Positions 1 to 9,657 of a stretch of DNA of 64,000 bases are shown in pieces (the stretch's first letter is position 1; each line of letters starts with the position of its first letter). The notes under the pieces were generated by a model, which did no database searches, was not told the DNA's origin, and worked only from the letters and a program-made list of their open reading frames with translations. The position numbers were made by a program, and so were the translations under genes. This stretch comes from Deltaproteobacteria bacterium (GTDB lineage: Bacteria > Desulfobacterota > Binatia > UBA1149 > CAITLU01), in contig JACRCR010000080.1 of NCBI GenBank assembly GCA_016218925.1, forward strand, positions 2,730 through 66,729, in the 5' to 3' direction.

Positions 1-1395
1 CACCTCTCCACGGCCGGTGACTATCGTGTGCTCGTACTTGGTGGGATAGTTCGCGGTGCTGGCTACCTGGTCCACAAAAACATACCGGCGCTGCTTCGCC
101 GCTCCGAGCAACTCAGAGCGGAAGTCCGGATGTGCGACGCCGATCAGCGCCATCGCCCGCTCGCGCACCGACTTGCCGAGGAGATCCGCGACGCCGTACT
201 CGGTGACCACGTGACGCACGTCGCCGCGCGAGGTGACCACTCCGGCACCGGCATCCAGGGTTCCGACGATACGGCTGATCGAGCCGGCGCGCGCAGTCGA
301 ACGCAGCGCGATGATCGGCACGCCTTCGGGACTGAGCGAGGCTCCGCGGATGAAGTCCACTTGCCCGCCGATCCCGGAATAGAACTTGGTCCCGATCGAA
401 TCCGAGCAGACCTGGCCGGTCAGATCGACCTGCAACGCGCTGTTGATCGCAACCATGCGATATTGCCTGGCGATCCGCAGCGGGTCGTTGATGTAGTCTG
501 AAGGATGGAATGTGAAGGTCGGGTTGCGATCGAGAATCCCGTAGAACTCTCGCGTACCGAAGCAGAACGAGGCCGAGACCTTGTTGGGGTGGATCGTCTT
601 GTAGCGGCCGGTGATGTTACCGCTCTGGATGAGTTCGACCACGCCATCGGAGAACATTTCGCTCCACACCCCGAGATCCTTGTGCGAGCTGAGCGCGCGA
701 AGTACGGCGTCGGGGATCTGACCGATACCGATCTGCAACGTGGAGCGATCGTCGATCAGCCGCGCCACGTTTTCTCCAATCTGCAACGCGACCTCGTCCA
801 CCTCCTCTCGAACGATTTCGGGAAGCGAAGCGTCGCGCAGTACCCATGCGTCGACGCGCGCCATCGGCAGATACCCCGACCCGTGAATCGTCGGCATGCG
901 GGGGTTGATTTCGGCCACGACCAGACTGGCCGCGCCGATCGCCGCCAGAACGATGTCGACGGAAACCCCGAGGTTGACGTAACCGTAGCGGTCCGGAGGT
1001 GTCGTCTGGATCAGCGCGACGTCGACCGGCATCCGTCGTGAGCGGATCAGGGCCGGGATCTGCGAAAGGAACACCGGAGTGTAGTCGGCGCGCCCTTCGT
1101 GCACCGCCTCGCGCACGTTCGGGCCGATGAAGAACGCGTTGTGGCGAAAGCGCTTCTCGAACTCGCGTTGGACGTAGGGTGCCGGCCCCAGCGTCAGCAG
1201 GTGAACGATGGTGTTGTCGGCGAAGCGGTCGGCTTGCGCCACCAGTTCCTCGACCAGCCCCACTGGCTCGGCAGCGCCGGATCCGATGAACACGTGCTTG
1301 CCGCGCGGAATGCGCGACACCGCGTCGGCCGCGCTGGCACGCTTGGCAGCGTACAGCGACTGCCAGCTCTCGTCCGCACCGGACAAATCGCTCAT
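1..1395 (-). CDS. Acetyl-CoA hydrolase/transferase family protein (4-hydroxybutyrate CoA-transferase-like). N-terminus is complete; the 3' end runs off the window start.
   Basis: Manual minus-strand translation from ATG (revcomp 1393-1395) gives MSDLSGADESWQSLYAAKRA...GILDRNPTFTFHPSDYINDP..., an open frame of ~465 aa to position 1. It is absent from the ORF track because no stop falls inside the window. The motifs are typical of 4HB-CoA transferase / acetyl-CoA hydrolase. Confidence 0.8.
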   Translation of the reverse strand, partial: MSDLSGADESWQSLYAAKRASAADAVSRIPRGKHVFIGSGAAEPVGLVEELVAQADRFADNTIVHLLTLGPAPYVQREFEKRFRHNAFFIGPNVREAVHEGRADYTPVFLSQIPALIRSRRMPVDVALIQTTPPDRYGYVNLGVSVDIVLAAIGAASLVVAEINPRMPTIHGSGYLPMARVDAWVLRDASLPEIVREEVDEVALQIGENVARLIDDRSTLQIGIGQIPDAVLRALSSHKDLGVWSEMFSDGVVELIQSGNITGRYKTIHPNKVSASFCFGTREFYGILDRNPTFTFHPSDYINDPLRIARQYRMVAINSALQVDLTGQVCSDSIGTKFYSGIGGQVDFIRGASLSPEGVPIIALRSTARAGSISRIVGTLDAGAGVVTSRGDVRHVVTEYGVADLLGKSVRERAMALIGVAHPDFRSELLGAAKQRRYVFVDQVASTANYPTKYEHTIVTGRGEV

Positions 1396-1537
1396 CGTTC
1401 CTATCTACGGTGCCGGCGGAGAATAGAGAAACCGGCGACGAGCCGGCCGGCGCCCGTGCGAGGCCGACCGCGAGTTGCACGAGACCACGAGCCCCGCCTC
1501 GCATTGGGAGCTGAACGTTGCTCGGGCTAGATGGAGC

Positions 1538-2447
1538 GATGATCTTTCGCCCGCTCCGCGCGATTCTCGACATCGCCAGGACAGGCCCCGTGGTCTGGCG
1601 TGACCCGCTGGTCGCGCTGGACCGGTTGGCACCAGCCGAGGGGTACGAGGTCCATCACGACCTCGCCTACGGTGACGCCGACTTCCAGAGGCTCGACGTC
1701 TACGTTCCTGACCGCGAAGCCGACGGCGAACGTGCAGCCGTCGTATTCTTCCACGGCGGACGCTGGTCGTTCGGCGCCAAGCACGAGTACCGCTACGTTG
1801 CCCAGGCGCTGGCGGCAGCGGGGTTCGTAGCCGTTGTATGCGACTACCGTAAGTATCCTCAGGTTCGCTTTCCCGCCTTCGTAGAGGACGGAGCCGCCGC
1901 AACCGCCTGGGCGCTTGCCAACCTGGAAGGCTACGGGGTCGACCCGCGCAAGATCTTCGTGATGGGCCACTCCTCGGGCGCCCACATCGGCGCGCTGCTG
2001 GCAATGGACGAACGCTACCTCGCCTGTCACGGGACTGACGGCAGCGCGATAGCCGGCCTCGTACTGATGTCGGGGCCCTTCGATTTCTTGCCGATCCGCG
2101 GCCGGGAGCTGCGCGACATCTTCGGCCCCGAGGAGCAGCACGCTTCGTCTCAGCCGCTGCGCTTCGCGCGCGCCGATGCTCCACCGATGCTGCTACTGCA
2201 CGGCCGCCGCGATCGGACCGTCTATCCCGCCAACAGCGCCCGACTGGCCAGTGCGATCCGCGAGCGCGGAGGCCGGGCGCGGACCCGCTTTTACCCGCAG
2301 CTCAGCCACACGAACATCCTCGGCGCCTTGTCCGCGTCGGTGGGCTTCTTGTTCGGGCCGGTGCTCGAAGACGTGCTGTCGTTCCTGCGCGGGCGCTGCG
2401 AAGAACTGGGCCGCGACCCAGGACAACAGCCCGAAGCGGCTCTTTGA
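1538..2447 (+). CDS. alpha/beta hydrolase (esterase/lipase family)
   Basis: Contains an HGG oxyanion motif (VVFFHGGRW) and a GxSxG nucleophile elbow (GHSSGAH). GGAG lies 5 nt upstream of the ATG at 1538. The ORF-track start at 1518 is TTG. Confidence 0.75.
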
Positions 2448-2452
2448 TCGGG

Positions 2453-3085
2453 TCAGTGACCCTTCATCCAATCCGGCGAGGGGGCTTCGGCCAGAATCAC
2501 CCATGATCGCGAATTGCGTCCTCCAACCGGGAACACCTGGCGCAGTCCGAGACCCGCTCGGCGCAGCTCTTCGTCGATCTGGTCGTACGACAGGTGGTTT
2601 CGCGGAAACCTGGCCTCCAATCCGAGGCGGTAACGCAGGCGCTGCCAGGCGAAGCGCAGGCCATGACGGTGACGGTACTCGACCACCACCCAGCGGCGAC
2701 TGACCCGCCGCATCTCCTTCAGCGCTCGGATCCGGCCACCGGAACGCCGGATGTAGGGCAGGAACTCGAGGCAAACCACCAGGTCGAAGATCTGCGGCCG
2801 AAACGGCAGCGCACCCGCATCGCCACGAACGTATCCGTTGTGCGACCGCTCGCGCTTGTCGGCGCTCCGCGCAGCCGCCAGCGACTCAGCCGACAGGTCG
2901 AGCTGAACGACCGAGGCCCCTCGCTTCTTTGCCAGCGCGTCGGTCCAGCGGCCGTTGCCGCTGGCGACATCGAGGATCGCACGCACCTTGCCTGCGGCCT
3001 CGAGGGCGTCCCTCACTGCCACGCGCTCGTCACGCGTAGTCGAGCGGTGAGTCCCCTCTCCGGGACGCGGTCGTGATGCAGCCAT
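2453..3085 (-). CDS. class I SAM-dependent methyltransferase
   Basis: Motif I ILDVASGNGRW. The start is placed at the internal ATG (MAASRPR...), which has a GAGGGG RBS. Confidence 0.7.
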   Translation of the reverse strand: MAASRPRPGEGTHRSTTRDERVAVRDALEAAGKVRAILDVASGNGRWTDALAKKRGASVVQLDLSAESLAAARSADKRERSHNGYVRGDAGALPFRPQIFDLVVCLEFLPYIRRSGGRIRALKEMRRVSRRWVVVEYRHRHGLRFAWQRLRYRLGLEARFPRNHLSYDQIDEELRRAGLGLRQVFPVGGRNSRSWVILAEAPSPDWMKGH

Positions 3086-3198
3086 CGTTGCCCCTCGCAG
3101 AAAAAAACCGGAACGGCCTGGTCTCGTGGACTCGCGAAGCGGACGGAGCCTCACAGTTCGCGAAACCCGGGGACCCTAGCAAGCCAAGCGCAGGCGAG

Positions 3199-4371
3199 TC
3201 AATCTCCCGACGCACCGACGAGCCCCATCATCCGGGCCAGGATCAGTTTCATCACCTCGTTGGAGCCTGCGTAGATGGGCATCGCCCGCACGTCGATGAA
3301 GTCGCGCGCGACCGCGATCTCGCCCATGTACCCGTACCCGCCGTGCAACTGAACGGCATCGTAGGCGACACGGTTGGCCAGGTCGCTCAGCCACCACTTG
3401 GCCATCGAAACGCGCCGGGTGATGTCCTCGCCGGCTTCGAACGCGTCTATCAGCGCGTCCAGAAAGGTGCGACCGATTTCGACCTCCGTGGCTCGCTCGA
3501 CCAGTTTGAACGCGTTGTGCTGAAACGACGCGATCGACTTGCCGAAGGCCTTGCGCTCCTTGGTGTACGGCAAGGTCTTGTCGAGTATCTGCTCGGCAGC
3601 GACCTGCGCGGCGATCGAAATCATCAGACGCTCGCGCTGCAGGTTCTCCATCAGGTAGCGAAAACCCCTGCCCTCCTCTCCGAGCAGATGGGAAGCCGGA
3701 ACCCGGCAGTCTTCGAAGAAGATCTCGGCCGTGTCCTGGATGTGCTGCCCCATCTTGTCGAGCTTGCGCGCCTTGACGAAACCCGGGGTCCCTTCCTCGA
3801 CCACGATCAGGCTGACGCCGGCATGGGCCGGCTTGGCGCGCGGATCGGTTCGGCAAGCGACGACGATGAGGTCGCACTCGATGCCGTTCGAGATGAACGT
3901 CTTCTGGCCGTTGAGTATCCAGTCATCCCCGTCGCGAACCGCGCTCGCCTCCAGGTTGGCAAGGTCAGAGCCTACCGCCGGCTCGGTCATGCCGATGGCC
4001 GCGACGAACTGGCCGTCGGCGCAGCCGCGAAGCCAGCGCTGGCGCACCTGCGGACGGGCCAACTGCTCGAGATACGGTACCGTGATGTCGCAGTGGACCG
4101 AGACTCCGGTCTGCAGACCCATGAAGCCGGTCCGGCCGAGTTCCTCGCAGATGACCACCGAGAACGCGAAACCGGCCCCGCTGCCACCGTCCTCTTCGGC
4201 CAGCCACGGACACAAGAAGCCCCCCCGCCCCATCGCCCGCCAGAACTCTCGCGGGGTGCGCCGCGCTTTCTCCCAATCGGCGAGGTGCGGCACCACCTCC
4301 TTCCTCAGGAAGGTGCGGAACGCGACGCGGAAGGCTTCGACTTCGGCGGTTCGCCAGCGAGCGGCCGGCAT
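3199..4371 (-). CDS. acyl-CoA dehydrogenase
   Basis: ACAD hallmarks are present: GMTEPAVGSDLANL, the FAD/CoA region and a C-terminal YDAVQLHGGYGYMGE. The start is at MPAARW with a GGGGAG RBS. The ORF-track N-terminal extension was rejected. Confidence 0.85.
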   Translation of the reverse strand: MPAARWRTAEVEAFRVAFRTFLRKEVVPHLADWEKARRTPREFWRAMGRGGFLCPWLAEEDGGSGAGFAFSVVICEELGRTGFMGLQTGVSVHCDITVPYLEQLARPQVRQRWLRGCADGQFVAAIGMTEPAVGSDLANLEASAVRDGDDWILNGQKTFISNGIECDLIVVACRTDPRAKPAHAGVSLIVVEEGTPGFVKARKLDKMGQHIQDTAEIFFEDCRVPASHLLGEEGRGFRYLMENLQRERLMISIAAQVAAEQILDKTLPYTKERKAFGKSIASFQHNAFKLVERATEVEIGRTFLDALIDAFEAGEDITRRVSMAKWWLSDLANRVAYDAVQLHGGYGYMGEIAVARDFIDVRAMPIYAGSNEVMKLILARMMGLVGASGD

Positions 4372-4613
4372 CAGCGCGGCTCCCCGGAGGCTGCGCGACA
4401 CGCGGTCACGTCGCCTCGCTCGGAAGCGGTGGCAATGTTGGTGGCAGACATCATGACGCCGTGGTTCATGCAGACCTCCGCGCTTTTTTCGCCGGACCGG
4501 ATGCGGAAAGGTAGGTGAGCCGGCGGCCCAAGACAATTGCCGCAACAACCAGAACGTGCGCCGTGCTGCGATGGCGCCGAAGGCCGCGGTCGCTGCCCGA
4601 GGAGAATCAGGAG

Positions 4614-5468
4614 ATGAACATCAACGATGAGCCGGTCTACGTCGGCCGCGACTTCGGCGGTCGCGACATCACGATCGACGCGGCGCTGATCCAGCACTAC
4701 CTCGCAGCGCTCGGGCAACGGTTGCCGATCTATCGGGAAGTCGCTCCCGCCCTCGTCCTGCACTCGGAGTGCTACGAAAGCCTGGCGTGGTACCTGAAGA
4801 ACATCTGGGGAAATCTCCATGCCCGCCAGGAATGGGAGCTGTTTGGAGAGGTCCCGGTCGGAACCCGCGTGCACACGCGAGGCTTCATCCGCGACCGCTA
4901 CCGCAAACGCGGCCGCGACTACGTGGTCAAGGAGACCTGGGTACAGGCGCAAGACGGACGTTTGCTGAGCCGCGGGCTGACCCACCAGAGCTTCCTGGTC
5001 GAAGGATCGGACGCAGGAGCCACCAAAGGCGATGCCGTAGCCAAGGACCGCGAAAAGAGTGCCGAGCGCCGCTTCGAGATCGGCGGGCGCGGCCACGCTC
5101 TGAGCCCGCTGGAAAAAACGATCACCGAGGAGGTGTGCATGGCGTTCTCCGGCCCGAGCGAGAACTACCACACCAATCGCGCCGCAGCCCGGGCTTTTGG
5201 GTTCCCGGATATCGTCGTTCAGGGGATGTTGCCCACCTGCATGGGCGCGGAGTTGCTGACCCGCCAGTACGGCCGCGGCTTTCTTGCCGGCGGCAAGATG
5301 GACCTGCGCCTGGTCAACGTGCTGTGGGCGGACGAGACCGTGCGCGCCTGCGCAGAAGAAACCGAGGCGGTCCCCGAAGCGGACCGAACGCGCATCCACC
5401 TGGATCTGTGGGTCGAGAAGACCGACGGCACCAAGGTCGCCGTCGGCTCCGCCAGCGCGCTGCGCTGA
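4614..5468 (+). CDS. MaoC-like double hotdog dehydratase/hydratase
   Basis: N- and C-terminal hotdog halves. A GAGGAG-type RBS lies before the ATG (MNINDEP...). It is divergent from the acyl-CoA dehydrogenase at 3199-4371. Confidence 0.8.
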   Translation: MNINDEPVYVGRDFGGRDITIDAALIQHYLAALGQRLPIYREVAPALVLHSECYESLAWYLKNIWGNLHARQEWELFGEVPVGTRVHTRGFIRDRYRKRGRDYVVKETWVQAQDGRLLSRGLTHQSFLVEGSDAGATKGDAVAKDREKSAERRFEIGGRGHALSPLEKTITEEVCMAFSGPSENYHTNRAAARAFGFPDIVVQGMLPTCMGAELLTRQYGRGFLAGGKMDLRLVNVLWADETVRACAEETEAVPEADRTRIHLDLWVEKTDGTKVAVGSASALR

Positions 5469-5480
5469 CCACGCAGGCAC

Positions 5481-6344
5481 TCAAGGACGCGGCGGCGGCG
5501 AAGTCCTCAGCAGGATTTCCTGGACGACCGAGCAGCACAGCGTGCCTTCCCTGTCGAAGATGATCCCGCGGGCAAGCCCGCGCGCACTCTCGGCCGCCGG
5601 TGAATCTTCGACGTAGAGCCACCACTGATCGACCTTGAAGTCACGGTGGAACCACATCGAATGATCGAGGCTCGTCGCCATCACGCCGGGATCGCTCCAG
5701 TGCACGCCGTGGGGGCGCATGACGGTCTCGGTAAGCGTGTAGTCGGAAGCGTAGACGAGCACGCAGGTATGTAGCAGCGGGTCGTCGGGCAGCTCGCCGT
5801 CCGCTCGCATCCAGATCATCGCACGCGCGTCCTCTCCCTTGCGCGGCTTCCAACCTGGCTGATCGCACCAGCGCATGTCGATCGCACGCGGCTCGACGGC
5901 GTGGCGCGGAAGCTTACGACCGAACCCCGCCATGCGCTCCGCTCTGGTTGGAAGACTCTCCGGATCGGGAGCTTCGGGCATCTCCAGACTGTGGCTCAGG
6001 CCAGGCTCGGGAACGTGAAAAGAAGCGGCGATGTTGAAGATCGCCTCCCCGTGCTGCACCGCGACCACGCGCCGGGTCGTGAAGGACTTGCCGTCCCGGA
6101 TCCGATCGACGAGGTAGAGGATGGGCGCCTTCACGTCACCCGGGCGCAGGAAGTACGAATGAAGCGAGTGCACGCGCCGGCCGGCCGGGACCGTTCGCGC
6201 CGCGGACATCAACGATTGCGCCGCGACCTGGCCGCCGAAGACGCGCGGGCGCTCCTCGTTCGGACTGTAGCCACGAAAAACGTTGACCTCGAGTTCCTCG
6301 ACGTCGAGGAGCTCGACAACTTCGTCGAGTAACGGATGTGCCAT
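5481..6344 (-). CDS. tesB: acyl-CoA thioesterase II
   Basis: TesB-like double hotdog (MAHPLLDEVVELLDVEELEVNVFRG...). The start was checked at the ATG at 6344. Confidence 0.75.
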   Translation of the reverse strand: MAHPLLDEVVELLDVEELEVNVFRGYSPNEERPRVFGGQVAAQSLMSAARTVPAGRRVHSLHSYFLRPGDVKAPILYLVDRIRDGKSFTTRRVVAVQHGEAIFNIAASFHVPEPGLSHSLEMPEAPDPESLPTRAERMAGFGRKLPRHAVEPRAIDMRWCDQPGWKPRKGEDARAMIWMRADGELPDDPLLHTCVLVYASDYTLTETVMRPHGVHWSDPGVMATSLDHSMWFHRDFKVDQWWLYVEDSPAAESARGLARGIIFDREGTLCCSVVQEILLRTSPPPRP

Positions 6345-6420
6345 CGGCAAGGCTCGAGACGTGGCGATCGAGGACCCGTCGCGGCAGCGCCCGCGCAGGG
6401 CCGCTGCCGCGACGGGCAAC

Positions 6421-8292
6421 CTACCACGCCGTTGAAAAACCGGCGTCCGGAATGTCGAGCGCGCTGCGATCAGCCGATGCGATGGTGCGACACTTGGCCA
6501 TCACGCCGGGGAGCACGAAGTTCGCGTAGAATTTCCCCGACACCACCTTGCCGGCGTAGAAATCGAACTCCTGCTGCGATTGACGTTCGTCCTGTGTGCG
6601 CTCTTCCTCGGCGATGACAGCGGCCTCCAGCAGCAGATGGCCGACGGTAACCTCCGCCATCGCTTCGAGAAACGGCGAGCAGAACAGAGTGAGCTGATCG
6701 AGCTTCGAGCTCATCATGTATTCCATCAGGGCGCCGCCCGCATTCTGCAGAGCCTGCGAAGCTTCTCCGAGAATCTTCACCTCGCGCCCGACCGCCATGT
6801 CACCCGAATAGCGCTCGACGAAGGACGTCACGTCGGCAAGAAAGTCGGCAAGATCCTGACCAGAGCGCCCGCGTAGCTTGCGGACCACGAGGTCGAGGGC
6901 CTGGATATGGTTGGTGCCTTCGTAGATCGACAGGATCTTGGCGTCGCGCAGGTACTGCTCGACGGGGTTGTCCTTGACGTATCCGGCGCCGCCGTAGGTC
7001 TGGATGGCGAGCTCGCAGACACGGAAGCTCTGATCCGTGCAATAAGACTTGACGATCGGCGTGAGAAGATCGACACGCCCCTTGTAGAAGGCGGCCTCGT
7101 CGTGTCGGCCTTCCGCCGCCAGCGCATTGTGCATGTCCTCGTTGAACGCGAGCTTCACGCACAGCGCCCGCATCCCTTCGACCTTGCTCTTCATCTCCAT
7201 CAGCATGCGTCGAACGTCGGAGTGCTCGATGATCGCGACTCGCGGAGCCGACGGATCCTTGAATCGCTTTACCGAAACGCCCTGCAGTCGTTCGCGCGCG
7301 TAGGCCAGGGCGTTCAGGTACGCGGTCGCGGCGACCGCCAGGCCCTGCACACCGACTTCGATCCGCGCGCCGTTCATCATCTGGAACATCTGCTTCATGC
7401 CGGCGTTCTCCTGCTCGCCGCACAGATAGCCGATGCAGTCGCCGCCCTCGCCGAAATTCAGAACCGCGGTCGTCGAAGAGTTGATGCCGAGTTTGTGCTC
7501 GATCGACGGAGTGACGACGTTGTTGAACTCACCGATGCTGCCGTCGTCGTTGACGCGGTGCTTCGGGACGATGAACAGCGAAATCCCGCCAGTTCCTTCC
7601 GGCGCACCCTCGACACGGGCCAGCACCAGATGAATGACGTTCTCGCACAGGTCGTGATCGCCGGCCGAGATCCAGCACTTGGTGCCGTTGATCTTGTAGC
7701 GGTTGCCGTCGATCTTGATCGCCTTGGTACGCGCGGCGCCGACGTCGCTGCCGGCCTGGGGCTCGGACAGGCACATCGTTCCCGAGAAGCGCCCATCGAG
7801 CATCCCGGGCAGGATTCGCGCGCGATCGGCCGGCGCACCGAAGGCCGCGACCAGTTCGGCTGCGCCGTGAGTCAGGCCCGGGTACATCGTGAACGCGAGA
7901 TTGGCGCCGGACTGCAGTTCCTTCAGCATCACTCCGATCGATGACGGCCCCTGGAAACCTCCGTCCTCCAGCGACAGGCGCCAGTTTGGCAGACCCAGCT
8001 CGTAGAGCTTCTTCCACGCCTCGCGATACCCCGCCGGCGTCGTCACCACCCCGTTTTCGAGCTTGCAGCCGCTCCTGTCACCGGTCTGGTTCAGAGGACC
8101 GATCACCTCGTTGCAGAAACGCAGGGTCTGCTCGATCGTCTGGTCGCACTCCTGGCGCGACAGGTGCCCGAAATAGTTGCCTTTCGGGAAACGCTCGGCG
8201 TCGAAGAGTTGCTGAACTTTGATGTGTTCGTAGAGCGTGAACTCGATCGAACGCATGTCGGCTTTGAAGAAGTTGATCGCGCTCTGGGCCAT
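6421..8292 (-). CDS. acyl-CoA dehydrogenase, long form (~620 aa, with C-terminal extension domain)
   Basis: ACAD core (CLSEPQAGSDVGAAR...GGAGYVKDNPVEQYLRDAKILSIYEGTNHIQ) plus an extended C-terminus. The ATG at 8292 has an AGGAGA RBS. Confidence 0.85.
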   Translation of the reverse strand: MAQSAINFFKADMRSIEFTLYEHIKVQQLFDAERFPKGNYFGHLSRQECDQTIEQTLRFCNEVIGPLNQTGDRSGCKLENGVVTTPAGYREAWKKLYELGLPNWRLSLEDGGFQGPSSIGVMLKELQSGANLAFTMYPGLTHGAAELVAAFGAPADRARILPGMLDGRFSGTMCLSEPQAGSDVGAARTKAIKIDGNRYKINGTKCWISAGDHDLCENVIHLVLARVEGAPEGTGGISLFIVPKHRVNDDGSIGEFNNVVTPSIEHKLGINSSTTAVLNFGEGGDCIGYLCGEQENAGMKQMFQMMNGARIEVGVQGLAVAATAYLNALAYARERLQGVSVKRFKDPSAPRVAIIEHSDVRRMLMEMKSKVEGMRALCVKLAFNEDMHNALAAEGRHDEAAFYKGRVDLLTPIVKSYCTDQSFRVCELAIQTYGGAGYVKDNPVEQYLRDAKILSIYEGTNHIQALDLVVRKLRGRSGQDLADFLADVTSFVERYSGDMAVGREVKILGEASQALQNAGGALMEYMMSSKLDQLTLFCSPFLEAMAEVTVGHLLLEAAVIAEEERTQDERQSQQEFDFYAGKVVSGKFYANFVLPGVMAKCRTIASADRSALDIPDAGFSTAW

Positions 8293-8535
8293 ATCCGGTC
8301 GTCTCCTCGTCGTGCTTCCCGGCCGCGCCCCGCCCTCTCCGAGCCCGCCTTGCGGACAAACCTCATCGTCGCGCCGCCGCCATGCCGCTCTGCGGCATTG
8401 ACAGCGATGTTTGTTCAGGTCGGTTTCGCGATCAAACGAATTTACGCAGTGCGGCGAAGGGCCTACACAGCGACCAGCGCGGCCCGGTTCCGCGGCGCCT
8501 GAGCCCGGTGCGAGCCGCCCGCCGGCGGCGCCCCT

Positions 8536-9657
8536 CTACCTGACCGAATCCGGCTTCCACCCGTCGAACAGATCCTCGAATCCGTACTTGCGACTCGGAC
8601 CAATGACCGCCATCTCGAAGATCCCTTGGCCTACCCGATCTCCCGAGCGCACCGAACAGAGCGTCTCGGTCAGCCACCCGTGCAGCACCGCGGTGGCCTG
8701 ATCGGCCGCGTCCCAGACATCACCTTCTACTTTAAGTTCCCCTTGGTACTGACCGTGGCTCCACGGGCCACGGTAACCGATCGCCGGCATCAGAAAGCGC
8801 AGCTTCGGGGTGTACTCCAGTTCCATCGCCCGCCCCGCGCCGAAGTCCAGACGAATCGTCGCGCCGTCGAAGCGGCGGGTGCCGGGCTCGAAACGCAACC
8901 GGTGTTCGACACCGATTGCCGCAAGCGCCTCGCCCGGCATCAGACGGGCGCCGGACTGGTGCCAGCGCCTTCCGTCCTCGTACTCGCTCACCGTGTAGAG
9001 GGCGGCGCAGTCGTCAAAGTGCACCGGCGACCAGTTCCAGAAGAACTGCATCCGCTCAGGCCTGTCCACCAGCGCGCCCTCGGGCTCCGGCTCGCCCACC
9101 GCGCGGATTCCCCAGGACCGGTCCCGCGCCGACCTCCAACCATCCGGATCCACCGAGAAACGCTCGTCTCCTATCCTTATCCAGCCCCGTGGCCTGCCGA
9201 GCTGGGTGAGCCGGGTGTAGTCCATCACCACCCGCCCGAGCTGGTTGCGCAGGAAGAAGTGCGGCTCCTCGTGGGCCTCGGCCCACGCCTCAAAGGTCAG
9301 GTCGAACGACAGCGAGTGCTCGGGCGCATCGCAAGCGATGCGCAGGCGCCGCAGCCCCTCGATCACGTCGACACGGATCGGACCTACGGCGGTCTCGTGA
9401 CGATCGCCGTCCAGAGTCCGCGAGGCACGCACGATGTGATGCCTGGTGCCGCGCACCCCGCACGCGAAAGCATCCATCACGCCGAGATTCGGATACACGC
9501 CGAATCCGAGCGCCAGGAACGTCTCGCAGCCGACATCGTGAACGTTGAAGTAGTAGCGGTCGTAGAAGTTGCGGTCCGTCGTCGCGACCCGATCTATCGG
9601 CCACTGCGTCTGGTGGAGAGGAAGGTCGTCGCAGGCGGTCAGCATGTCAGGCTCCAA
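8536..9657 (-). CDS. conserved hypothetical protein, function unknown
   Basis: A 370-aa ORF with good codon usage. Its 5' end overlaps the stop of the upstream acyl-CoA dehydrogenase (9647-10819) by ~11 nt, implying co-translation. I recognise no domain. Confidence 0.5.
   Translation of the reverse strand: MEPDMLTACDDLPLHQTQWPIDRVATTDRNFYDRYYFNVHDVGCETFLALGFGVYPNLGVMDAFACGVRGTRHHIVRASRTLDGDRHETAVGPIRVDVIEGLRRLRIACDAPEHSLSFDLTFEAWAEAHEEPHFFLRNQLGRVVMDYTRLTQLGRPRGWIRIGDERFSVDPDGWRSARDRSWGIRAVGEPEPEGALVDRPERMQFFWNWSPVHFDDCAALYTVSEYEDGRRWHQSGARLMPGEALAAIGVEHRLRFEPGTRRFDGATIRLDFGAGRAMELEYTPKLRFLMPAIGYRGPWSHGQYQGELKVEGDVWDAADQATAVLHGWLTETLCSVRSGDRVGQGIFEMAVIGPSRKYGFEDLFDGWKPDSVR

Noticed and set aside
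28-1573. ORF-track frames 28-501(+), 505-1041(+), 617-1573(-) and 1099-1530(+).
   Set aside because: All are Arg-rich junk frames. The real gene is the minus-strand CoA-transferase (1-1395), which has no in-window stop and so is missing from the ORF track.
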